A stretch of 64,000 bases of DNA from Salpingoeca rosetta (lineage: Eukaryota; Protista; Choanoflagellata): positions 927,194 through 991,193 of the forward strand of contig JAWQFM010000008.1 in the NCBI GenBank assembly GCA_033442325.1, in the 5' to 3' direction. This document shows positions 42,501 through 54,436 of the stretch, in pieces. The first letter of the stretch is position 1; each line of letters begins with the position of its first letter. A program made the translations under genes and the position numbers. The notes under the pieces were generated by a model that had not been told where the DNA came from, did not search any database, and saw nothing but the letters and a program-made list of their open reading frames with translations.

Positions 42501-43535
42501 CACACACACATACACACATACCCGCGCGCATCCAAACCCACATACAAACACAAACACACAGACGGGCTTACGATGGTTTCTGGGGTCGTGACGATGACGA
42601 CCTCGAACATCCATTTGCCGGCGCACACGGCGACATCGGACCGAATGGAAGGAAACGCCCGCACGGCCTCGACACAGGTGAACTGGCGCGTGCGCGGCGT
42701 GTATGCGCCCAAGCTGAACACGGTGAATCCAACACCCGCTGGTCCAAGCCGCTCCTTTGTCTGCGACCCATGTGGGTGAGTGAACAAGATCGAGGCGAAA
42801 GAGAGATCGACACGTGTCAACAAACATGAGGATATCGACACATGCAAGCAACATGGCGAGGAAAAACGTGAGGGCAGCGGTCAACAACGACAAGAACTGC
42901 ACGAACACAAAAAGGCCCCCCTAACGGCTGTCGACACACCATTTCTTCGTGGGCTGGGGCCTCAGGCACTCGCGGGATCTTTGCCTGCACAATCCTCTCC
43001 GTCTACAGCACACGCATATGTGATGATGCAAATTGGCGCCAACAACCATGGTCATAAGCGTACGCGTTGCGTGCGTGTGCGTACGTGTGTGTATGTGTAT
43101 GTGTGCGCGCGTGTGTGTGTGCGTGTGTGCGTGCGTTCACACGAGCACTCAAACACAAAGATGCACACGCATACACAGCAGGCACAGGCTGTGTTGTCGA
43201 GAAGGGACAGGCGTGCGGGCCCAAGTGACAACACACCACGCACATACACACATGCACGCTCATCACCGACCGTGGCGAAGCTTGGCGTCGACGTGTCATA
43301 CGGCGACACATCGCCGAAGCAATACTCCTGAATCAAAGGGAAGCAAACCAACAACACACCGCAGGAAACACAGCATCGACGCACGGTATGCTATTAGACA
43401 CTTGCTGCTTTTGAGACAGACAGGGGTGGCTTCCCTGGTCGACACAAAGCACAAGCACCCAACAGCAGCAACAACAGCAACCAACCAACAACAAACGTGT
43501 CATCATCGACTCTCACCAGCACAGCACTGTCCATG
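36939..43535 (-). CDS. RNF123: E3 ubiquitin ligase RNF123/KPC1 (N-terminal SPRY, C-terminal RING)
   Basis: SPRY segments are [70 protein letters not shown] and [12 protein letters not shown]. The C-terminus [18 protein letters not shown]|[27 protein letters not shown] matches the RNF123 RING ([11 protein letters not shown]...CGH.SC..CI..HL.N.KDCFFCK). The 5' start is approximate. Confidence 0.9.
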
Positions 43536-43951
43536 TTGTTGGGGAAGAGAAAAACCGCCACAGCAGCGCGGCGTCCTGTCTTTCCTCGCAACAGCACAAA
43601 ATGCATTTTCAAAACGTGGTTGCTTCCTTTCCTTTCTTTTTTTGTGTGTGGCTGACTCACAACTCACGCCACCGACCAATCAACGCTATCTTCTCCATCA
43701 CCGTCCCTCAACACAATAACAACCAAAGTTGCTGTTGGTGTTGATTCTTTGGTGTTCAGATCAGCATCGACCACCACCTGTGCTGCTGGTTTGTTGCACG
43801 CACATGCACACAGAGCGTCAGCCCAACCACCGTGTCACTGTGTCACACCACACCACACGATCAGCACCAGAACCGAAACCACAACAACACCCACACCAAC
43901 AACAATATCAACAAACAACAACCACAACCGGACATCCGATCACAGCTCATC

Positions 43952-46511
43952 ATGAAGGGGCGAGGGAGTGGCCAAGGCAGTGGCCACCCCGTGGTCGTCG
44001 CCGTTTTGTTGGCCCTCGCGTGCCTTCTCGTGTCCGCACGTCCCACACTGGCTCGCAAGGACCGAGACTTCAAGCCACACTCCCAAACCAGCCTTCCGTA
44101 CGTCGTTGCCTCTTGTGTGTGTGTGTGTGTCATGTGTGTGTGTGCGTCATGTGTGTGCGTGTGTGTGTCATGTGTGTGTGCGCGCGTGTGTGTGCCATGT
44201 GTGTGTGTCATGTGTGTGTGTGTGTTCGGGTACCGTGTACATTGCGCACTTCAGGTTTCGATGACATCTCACACAAACACACAAACACACACGCCCTCGC
44301 ACTCACTCTTCTCAACCCGCACGCAACCACAAACCCACGCATGTGCACGCAACGCACACAGGCTCAATGCTGGGCCGGGGGTGACGATGGACGAGCTGAA
44401 CAACGTGCGCCAGAGGCTGGACGTGCTGCCCGACCACCTGTTCGCCATGACCCACAACAACCTCATGCTGCGGTTTCAGCTGGGCGGCGTCGTGTGCGGC
44501 CGAATTCCAGACACCGCGTTTTGCCTGCAGAGCCTGCCCACCACGCGTTGGATTGGCAGCATCGTCACACACTACCCACTTGGCGTGGGTAACCTCACTG
44601 TCACGGACGTCTCCGCCTCTGGGTTCCGCCTCACGTCCACGTACACCCTGGACGTGTCGCGACCAAACGAGACCATCAGCACGGGCGCCATATCCATGTT
44701 CAGCCAGTTTCTCCCGCCAACACAGAAGGACATTATGACGCGCGGCGAAATCGAGTTCACCTGCGCGCGAAACATCACGGTGCCGACATTCCCCCACCTG
44801 AGCCTGGGCATCGACCGTATCATGGAGGATGGCATGGTCGTGCACCGCTACCGCCTCGTGGCCGCCCACCACTGCGTCTGCTCAACACCAGACCCATCCT
44901 CCCCCTCATCATCGTCAGCAAACGGCGACGGTGCCTCCACCTCATCCTCCTCTGCAACCACACCTCTGCCGCTGGCGTCGTCCACAACCGCCGGTTCACC
45001 ATCCTCCTCCTCGTCAACATCAGAGCATTTGCTTGCACACCCGTCTTGCGAGTACTTCAACACCACGTACAGCTACGCCTCTGCGATGGACGAGTGGGAG
45101 CGCAAGTCGCCAGACCACAGCTACCAGGCGCACAAGTGCTTCACCCGCGTCTCGGGCCGCCTCTCAATCTGGGCCGGCATCGGCACGCTCCTGATTGCGC
45201 TCATCTGGGGGATGGACGTCTGGCTCGGCGTGCCCCTCATCGCGTGCGAGTCGTGCACGGGCGCAGACAGACATGTGGACGAAACGTCCACCTGCCGCGG
45301 CCGCTGTCTGACGTCATCGGCACCGCGGCACCGCCTCCACCCCATCGGCACTGCACGCTACATCTGGACCTTTGGCTTCCTGGACGTGCTCACACCGCCC
45401 GTAAACATGCTTGAGCGGCGTGACTCCGCGTGGGCAACCGCTGCCGGGTTTGGCATGATGAGCCTGACCATCCCCTTCGTCTTCAACGGCGCGCTGGAGC
45501 TGACACAGATCCTTGAGCTGCTGCTCTTCTTCACGCCCATCCTCCTGTGCCGGCATGCGCGCGTGCCGTCCATCGGCTTGTGCCTGGGCTGCTTCTTCTC
45601 CATCATCGCCCTGGGCGAGATTGGCACGCTCATGGGCTGTCTTGGCCGCACGTCCTCCTTTGTGAACCTCATGGCGACCCTCCCCTCCCTGCTCTGCGCC
45701 ATGCTTGTTGTCAGCTGGTACGTGCTTGAAACCAAGCGCCGCTTCGTGGCCCTGTGGCTCTGGTTCAACGACCGTGGGCCCAGGCCCGTCTCCTGGCGCG
45801 AGCGCGCCCTGCTTGCCCTTGACCGCAGCGGGTATGTTGCCAGCCTGCTTGCCGACAAGATCAAGGTCAGCCTTGGCGAGTCGCTCACCTGGAGCGCGTT
45901 CCGCGCCACCATCCTCGGCCAGGACAACTACAGCGTGCCCACGCGGCTGCTGACGGCTGTGATCCTGGCCATCAGCTGCCTGGTGAGCCTGCTGCCGCTC
46001 ACCATGTCCTATGCGAGCCTGGCCGGCGCTGCGGTGGAGTGGATCATGTCCATGGGACACTGCTGCTCAGGTGTGCAGTGCGACCCGACACCGGGGTCCA
46101 GCCTGTGGATCAGAGACGCGTTTGACCTCGGTTACGGCATCCAAGTTGGGCGCGGGCACTCGTGCTCGCGCGACCAGATTGTTGTGCGCCGTGCCGTGAG
46201 CTACGGCATGACTGTCAGCACCTCTGTCACCGCTGTGGCTGTCACCTTCTCGCTGCTGCATGTGCTTGTTGTCTACCGCAAGCGCATGTTTCTTCTCTTC
46301 CGTGGACGCCCCGATTTCATCACAAAGCATGTCCCCATGGACAAGAGTATCGGCAGCACCCTCAAGTTTGGCGGCACGCAGGTGTGTATCTGTGCGCGTC
46401 TGTGTGTTTGTTTGTGTGTGTGTGTGTGTGCGTCTGTGTGTGTCCGTGTCTGTCTGTCTGTCTGTTCGTGCATGTGTCTGTGTGTGTGTGTGTGTGTGTG
46501 TGCGTGCGTGT

Positions 46512-46550
<39 letters not shown>

Positions 46551-46667
46551 TGAGAGTTAGTAACTGCATACGTACTTGTGCTTTCCTTTGTTCTTCTTCC
46601 TCCATCTCCATCCTTTCTCACCCCTCACCCAACATACTCACACACACACACACACACACTCACTCAC

Positions 46668-46743
<76 letters not shown>

Positions 46744-48624
46744 TCACACTCACACCACATGTGGCAGGTTGCGAGTGCCATTGGCGGATGGGTGCTGGGC
46801 ACATGTGTGCTGACGCTGCTGATTGGCTTCATTGCCATCTCCACCGTGCTGCCGTTCATGAACATCTACGGCGACTGGTTCTGGCCCTGGTGGTTCCAGT
46901 TTGTCATCTACAACCACGAGACCGGCGCCCTCGGGTTCCCCGTCATCCTGCTCATCAACTACTGGCTGCTGCTGTTCTGCGTGCGGTTTGTGTTTGAGAT
47001 CTCCAAGAAGGACCACGGCCTGCAGCGGCGCGGGTTCTTCCACCTGATGGACCTGATCCAGTTTATCTTCTACATCCTCAACGCGCTGCTTGGCCTCATC
47101 AAGCGTGCCGTCACCTCCATGGTGCTGCAGGCCGTGTTTGTCAGCCGCATGGACAAGAGCCTCATGCCCCGCAAGTACGAGCTCACGGACAAGTCGTACG
47201 TCGCCTACTTGGGGTTCATGCAGCTGGACTACTACTACTCCCACCCAGTGCTGCTCACCGCCGTCTACTTCTTCCTCGCGGGCACCCCGCGCGACCGTCG
47301 CACAGCACGTCGGCTCGGCATCCGCCTGTGGCGCTCCCGTAACCGCGGCGACCGCGTATCGCTCTCGCGTGTCACGTCCAGCCCGCGCAGCCCTGACAGC
47401 GGCGGCGGCGGTATTGAGCTCACCAGCAGCATGGAGTCGCCTGGCTTGCAGCTCGGCGGAAGCGCCTCGTATCAAGACAGCATCAACGGCAACGGCGCGT
47501 GTGTGCCCGAGTACACGTGGCGGGTGCGCAACCGGTTCTGGCTGGCCATCACGCTGCACAACAACCCGCAGCTGAAGGAACAGCGCAGCCACTACCTGCG
47601 GGCCAAGGCCGAGGAGCAACGGCTGAAGGAGCTGAGGGAGGCCGCCAAGGTCATGCGCAGCCGCCGCATGTCGCTGCACGAGATGGCACATCGCGTCACG
47701 CGCGCGTCCGCACACGTCGCACACACGCTCGCGGGCCTGCGCTACCACGCCATGGACAACCAGCCCGCAAGCACGGCGGAGAGCGGGCGTGACTCGCCAA
47801 AGGCCCTGCTTGCCGACAGCGCTGATGGCACCAACGGCACGAATGGCACAAAGGCGGTGGCGAGCGGCAACGGCTACCATGGCGGTGGTATTGGGTTTGG
47901 GCGGAGTGGGAAGAACAAGTACCTGCGCCACTATCGCCAGGACAGCACAGATGATCACGATGACGATGATGATGACGATGAAGGCGAAAACGCCTACGAT
48001 TACGGCGATGGTGGTGGTGGTGGTGGTGGTGATGGCGCGAAGAGCAGCAGCGACGATGTGCATGTGCAGCACCGCCAATATGATGTGGCAGACAGCGATG
48101 GCGAGGCGCTCGACTACACGTGCCCGCCCAACACGCTGCTTGACCTGAGCCAGGTGCACCTGCAGGAGGTGCAGCGCAAGCAGCAGCGGGCCATGGAGGA
48201 CGAGGACGGCCTGTACGAGGAGCTCGCAGCCTTCAGCGCCAACCTGGCCGTCGACTCTCGCAGTGGCAGTCGTGGTGGTGCTGATAGTGGTGATAGTGAT
48301 GACGACGCAGGTGGTGATGTGGCGCGTGCACGGCGGGGTGTTGGGTCGTTTTCGCCAACAGCGGGAGTAACTACAGCGACGTCGGCGCCGTTATCAGCAG
48401 CAACGAGCTGGAACCCAACACGACGGGCTGGCGGTGTTGGTGATATAGACGGTGGTGGTGGTGGTGGTGGTGGTGATGAGAGGGGGCGTGCGCAGTCGGC
48501 GCGGTTGCGTTCACGGGTGGTGCGGGATGATGGTCGGAATGGCGGTGGGAACGGTGCTGGTGAGAGGCAGCGCTCCATCACGTTTGCAGACCGCCTCAGC
48601 CAGTCCACAAGCTCCCAGCTTTGA
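43952..48624 (+). CDS. STRA6-family (RBP-receptor/STRA6-like) polytopic membrane protein with signal peptide and extra N-terminal extracellular domain, 3 exons
   Basis: Exons are 43952-44097, 44362-46381 and 46768-48624. Several TM segments are followed by [76 protein letters not shown] and [22 protein letters not shown]. These correspond to the STRA6 hallmarks (MDLSLLP...DPGY.TY..FL......HP and R.RW.LAYTL..NP.L...R). PVNML near the first TMs is also STRA6-like. Confidence 0.85.
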
Positions 48625-49331
48625 AAGAAAGGTGCGTCTGTGTGTGTGTGTGTGTGTGGGTGTGGGTGTGGGTGTGGGTGCGTGGGGGGTGTGGGAGTGG
48701 GTGTCTGTCTGTCTGTCTGTCTACCTGTCTATGTCTGTGTTGTGTGCACGTGGACAGCCGGTTGCCTACATCCCTCGCTCGCGCCACCTTTTCCGTGCTG
48801 TTTCTTCCCCGCGTCACCTCACCAAGTGCACTGTTGCACGCCATTGCTGTTGCTTGTAGAGCCCCCCACCCCACGCACGACACCTCACGATACCGGTTTT
48901 GTTTGCCGTGTGTAGCAGAGACGGAATCAGTTGTGGATGCTTGCGTTGATTTGATGTATCTAATCGAAGTTGATGGTTGACCTTTGTTTGTGTGTAACAA
49001 CTTCTTGTTTGAATAATTTCTGTTCCCCCCCCCCCAACCTGCCCTTTCTTCGCCCGCTTGCGTTTGCGTGGCTGTGTTTCGTGCGCGTGTGTGTATGGTT
49101 GTTGAGTAAGCGCACAGACGCTGCTCTCTAATAAAGCAAGCAGCTACAGCAGCAACTACAGCAGCAGCTACATGCACGACAGAACAAGAAAGGTCTATCC
49201 TAGTGGAAACAAGAGGAGGAAGGGAAGAGGAGAGGAAGCCTGCAGCACAGAAGACTGCAGTCAAGGGCAAGAGTGTCAACACATTCGCACACACACACAC
49301 ACAAACACATTAACGCGTGCGTGAGCGGCCG

Positions 49332-49965
49332 TCACTTGTCCTTTGCCGATTCCTTGGCCTTGGTTGCTTGACGGTGTTTGGTGTCCTTCTTTCCAGCATT
49401 CGTCTGCTTGGTGTCAGTGCTGCCGCTGTCTTCTTTGCTGCCCTCCTTGCCTTCTGTTTCTTTCTTGGCTTCCTGTTCCCGCGTTGCCTTTTGCAACTCC
49501 TTGACAAACCTGACAGTGAGGATGTGCAAACACGCGAGTCGCTGATGATGAGATGGTTGGTGGTTGATTGTTGGTTGTTGGTTGTTGGTTGGTGGTTGGT
49601 GGTGGGAAGAGTGGAGCAAGGAGGTGCACGTGCACACACACAGACACACAGACACACACACACACAGACGCACACAACACACATGTACACCACACACACG
49701 CACGCACGCAAACACTGCTGCACTGCTTGCCAGAGTGCGCTAACCATGCCATTGCGGCGGCGAGGCCAATGGTGAGGAGGAGAAGCACGATGACGTGTGG
49801 GTTTGGTCCAAAGAAGATGAGCAAGCCCACATTGTTCAGAAACAGTGCAATGAACGTGATGCTGAGGAAGCGGATCACCCCGCTGTTCACGCCGGGCATG
49901 AAGATGGACTTGACCACCCCTTCCAGGCCATCGTCGCTCCAATTCGACACATCAGGCAGCATCAT
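49332..49965 (-). CDS. PKR1: Pkr1-family ER membrane protein (V-ATPase assembly factor), 2 exons
   Basis: The protein reads MMLPDVSNWSDDGLEGVVKSIFMPGVNSGVIRFLSITFIALFLNNVGLLIFFGPNPHVIVLLLLTIGLAAAMAW|FVKELQK plus a charged tail. The pattern SIF.PG...TM1...H....L..GL.....WF..EL is the Pkr1 signature. The GT-AG intron (about 49744-49510) splits the Trp codon cleanly. Confidence 0.72.
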
Positions 49966-50062
49966 GGGGGTTGTCTTCGCTTGTTTGGTTGGATGTGGTG
50001 GTGGTTGCAAATTGCAACGTATGGTGTGCAATTTCGTGCAACCTCCCTGCAGGCAACCCAAG

Positions 50063-50977
50063 ATGACCAAAATGTTTGCTGCGGTGACTCTTGTCCTGGC
50101 GCTTTGTTGGCTGGCTGTGCTGTCCTGTTCACGGCACCAGGTTGCACTTGGAGCTGTGATTGAAGAGGACAAAGATGGAAGGCTAGTCATCAACACCACG
50201 GACCCGGCACAACCCGTGTTGGTGAATGGGGTCGACGTGCAGGCAGTGCACCAAGAACTTCAGGGGCTGCGTGCAGCTCAGATGGCGCAGACAATGATAG
50301 CGAGTCAGGTCTCCACACTATGGAGTGTTGCCACTGGTCAATCACAGGTGTGCGCTATTGGCTTGGAAGTCGCAGCACAGCTGGGAGAGAAATGCGAGAC
50401 GCAACTGGCCGGGGGTGCCACAAAGCCGTGGACGCTCGCTGCGCGGTTCGCGAACGACGGCGTTGACACATGGACTTGGAATCGGTGCGATCTCTGGCAC
50501 AACGCTGCTCTGTTGGGGGAGGCCCAGGGTAGCAGCGATTTCAAGGGCCGTGCTTGGCTGGCTCCAGCTAATGATCTCCTCTTCCTCTCAAATACAGGCG
50601 AGTGGATTGCATACGAGAACGCGCTGGGCAGCCAATCCCTCGCGGCTCTCTTCACGGAATATCCTACCACGTGAGCACGTGTGCTTCTGGGTGCTTTTCT
50701 TTCACGCCTACCCAGAAGAACACCGCACCGAACGACAAGCGCTGCAGCGATGATGTGTTTGTCAACCCAAAGGACTCGGACGTTGGTCCACACCAAAACA
50801 CATGTGGGTTCGCTTGGGGCTTCCGTCACAACAATGGCTGCCCATTTGACGATGTTGGCTCGTTCGGTTCCTTCGGTCCCAACTCAGACAATCCGAGCGT
50901 TGAAGAACCGTCTCTGGGCTTCCTTGGTGGCGAACTTGCTTGCTGAAGGCATGTACATGGAGCTGTACGTGCGCTGA
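50063..50977 (+). CDS. Secreted protein: signal peptide, short beta-rich plus coiled-coil segment, and fibrinogen/intelectin-like C-terminal domain; possibly disrupted
   Basis: After the signal peptide come DGRLVINTTDPAQPVLVNGVDV and a heptad stretch. These are followed by KCETQLAGGATKPWTLAARF...LLGEAQGSSDFKGRAW..PANDLLF, which resembles the YCD..tdGGGWTL and D(Y/F)K motifs of intelectin-like domains. There is an in-frame TGA at 50672-50674, and coding-like sequence continues in other frames (FVNPKDSD...AWG..NNGCPFDD; YMELYVR*). Confidence 0.6.
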
Positions 50978-51299
50978 GGGCATGTTCGACTGCACGCCTC
51001 TCTTCACGCCACGCATGAGTGTTGCTGTAATTTCGCGCATCTCTGCTGCACCTCTCTTCTAACGCTATCCGAAGCTCGTTTGTCTTGTATGCTTGCTTGC
51101 TTGTGTATCCCTCTTCACCTCTAGTCTACTCCTCCGCACACTCTCGTGCTACGGGAGCACGATTCCTTCCTAAGTTCTGAACCGAAAGTTGTACTGGATG
51201 GCAATGCACCAACTACCACCACTTCGAGATCCTGCATTGTCACCATCACCAACACCAACACCAACACCAGCCCCTTGTTCTTTGTATACTGCTTGTGTG

Positions 51300-51333
<34 letters not shown>

Positions 51334-51699
51334 GTGATGTCCTTGTTCCTTTTCTCATGTTCATGCCTCGAGAGGACTTGCTCTCTCTCTCGTTGGCTTC
51401 ATGCCTGCACTGCTGCACTTCGTCCCTTCGCTTTTCCTCCTCGTTCGCTTCCCTCTTCGTTCTTTCAAGAAGTGTCTGAGTCCAGAGTTCCGTCCTCTCA
51501 AACACAACAACAAAACTCGTCAACGCACAGCAATGAGATTCTGAGATCAGACAACAGAACGGAGAGACAGGCAGGGCAGGACAGAGGAGGCTTGCAAGCA
51601 GCAGAAGAGCTCAAGGCACCTTCAACTGCCGATAACTGCCTGAAATCATTCACAAATCCTCTACAATATAAGCAGCAAGGACCACGCTTTCGCATCCAG

Positions 51700-52350
51700 A
51701 TGGCTGGTGTGTTTGGTGTGAGGCTGGCAGAGATGCTGCCTCACCGACGAGGGGACGGGGAAGACTGGCAGATGGTGTCACAGCGCGACGACTGGTCAAA
51801 GGAGCGCCGGGAAGCATTTGCTCGGCTCGTGGACACGCTGGAAGAGGTGTGTGTGTGTGTGCGCTTTCGTTCACGTGTGTGTACAGTTTTCCAATTGCCA
51901 CGTGCGCACGTGGTGGTGTTTGTGTCGTGTGGTTCGTGTTGATGGCTCGAGCTGCGTGGGAAGGCGTGGAGCGGTCAATCTCGTCAAACACGTTGCCTGC
52001 GTGCTTCTAAATGGCGAGAGGGAGACTCGCGGTGAGGCCCTGCTCTGGTTTGCAAGCGCCATTGTGTTCGTTTTCGTGCGCGTGCTCTGACATGGCCGTG
52101 CTTTGCCGCTGTGTTTGGCTTGCAGGCGTCGTTGGCCGACGAGGCGCATGCCCGCTCAGAGCAGAGCGGCGTCTGGACAACACCACCCGCAGACATGCAA
52201 ATCTTTGACATCAAGCGGGCGACTGAGCAGCTGCGATACCTGTTTTACACGGTGAGTAGTTGTGGGAGGCGCGCTGGTGCCAGGAATTCGCGCAACCATG
52301 GCTTAGCGAAGAGACACATTGGATAGTCTGGTTCTCTTCCGTCTGCTGTG

Positions 52351-52391
<41 letters not shown>

Positions 52392-53244
52392 TGGATGACC
52401 GATTGCTGAACACTAGCCGTGCCCTGTGTGGCTTGTGTATGTGGCAGATGGAATGGAACAAGGTTTTTCTGAAGTGGCTCATGGCAACGGCGTTTGAAGT
52501 CCTGCCCAAACGTTTGCTCATCTTTCTTGTCCGCACCCTCAAGTACCTCCACACGAAGGTATTGTGATGACGCCGTGTGCATGTGTGTGTTTGTGTGTGT
52601 GTGTGTGTGTGCGCGTGCATGTCCGTGCGTGCCACACAGACTCTCTCTCTCTCTCTCTGTGCGTGCGTTTGCATGTGTGTTGCTGCTGTTGCTGCTGCTG
52701 CTGCTGTCGTTGCCACGGCCAACGATGTGCACGTTGCGATCGCCACCATTCGTTGCCAGGTGCCGGAGGTGTTTGATGAGAGCGGACTGCTCGACTACCA
52801 CGCACCGGCCCGCCTCTCCATGAGCTCGGCGTTAAAGCGGTGGATCACAACACACTCATCGCCACCACCTCCGCCCCGCGTAAGCTCCGCGCATGTGTTG
52901 ATGTGCATGTACTTTTGCTTTTACATGTACACGTGCACGTGCTTGTGCATGTGTTTGTTGGCCTTGCCGTGCATGTGGGTGCGTGGTTTTGTTGCAGCGA
53001 CACATGGTCGCGGTAACACCAACCGTTTCCCTGTTGCGCTGTACGTGAGCAGACTGGCGACGTGTCACGTGATGTGCTCGTGGTTTTGGCGCCTTGCGAG
53101 TACTCGTGGGACAGCCCGCATCTTCGCCGGTGGAAACAGCTCTTCCAGCACTCATGGTGAGCGCACGCGCGCGTGTATGTGTGGGTGTGGGCGAGAGTGC
53201 GAGAGAGAGAGAGACAGACAGAGAGAGTGTGTGGGGGGGGGGGG

Positions 53245-53299
<55 letters not shown>

Positions 53300-53795
53300 T
53301 CTGTCTGTGTGTCAGTATATGGGTGCCTGACGACTTTTGTGATACACCTTTGCTGTTTGTCCCCCCCCCCCCAAATCTCCCGCTTCTGGTTTATTCCACC
53401 TCTCCTTTGTTGCGTTTTGATACGGTCTCACGACCACCACTGCCACGCCCTTCCTTGGTCCACAGGCTCGTTGAAGCCGTCAACGTCACAATGTCCTCCA
53501 CAGACGACACGGCGCTCAAGAAGGCGTTTCTGGAGAAGGTGCAATTGCTATGTCCTGATGGTGGTCATAATCCTGCTCGTGCTTGTGCTCGTGGTTGTGC
53601 TTGCGCTTGTGCTTGCGCTTGTGCTTGTGCAAGTGTGCAAAGGTTGTAAGTTCTTTGGTCTTGATCCCACCCGTCGCTCATGCTTGTGCTGCGCACTCCC
53701 CCCTCGCCCCAAACCAAAACAACGACAGCTGACCTCGTTACAAAAGCAGTACCCCACGCGGAAGCTCGTGCTTGTTGGCTTTGGCGTTGGCGTCA

Positions 53796-53841
<46 letters not shown>

Positions 53842-54378
53842 CGTGCTCCTGGACGTGTACTCGTTTGTCAGGTGCTGCTGGATACCAACCACGACATACA
53901 TTCACGCACACGCATTCACGCACACAAACACACATTTGCGTGCATTCATATGCATGGCTACACTTTGACAGGTGATTGTGACTGCTGCCCAACATAAGCG
54001 CGTCGGTGGGCTCATCTGCATGGCCATGATCCTGCAGAGCAAATCCCTGGCCATGGAATCGTACGTTGTCTTATCTTGGTCTTGTCCTGCCTTGTTAGTC
54101 TTCACTTCACTCGCCTGCACGCGTCTGTGGCTGTCAACCACATTGCCTCACGCCCCCACCCCCAACCACCACCAACTCCCACACATTTGCAGGAGTATCG
54201 TGCAGAAGGATCTGCAGCAACTTGAGTCGCCTGTCGCGTTTGTTGTCGGTACTGAGGCCCGCAAGTCCTCCGTCAAGGCCCTCGAGGAGGTACGAGGCGA
54301 TGGTGATAGTGGTGGTCGGTGTCACTGTAGTGGGGATGGCACATTCGCTCGTGTTTCGTGCCCAGTGCGTCATTTAAG

Positions 54379-54436
<58 letters not shown>

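Noticed and set aside
50672-50674. In-frame TGA as possible selenocysteine or readthrough
   Set aside because: Reading through in the same frame gives non-conserved-looking sequence. The protein-like continuation is in another frame, and I see no evident SECIS.
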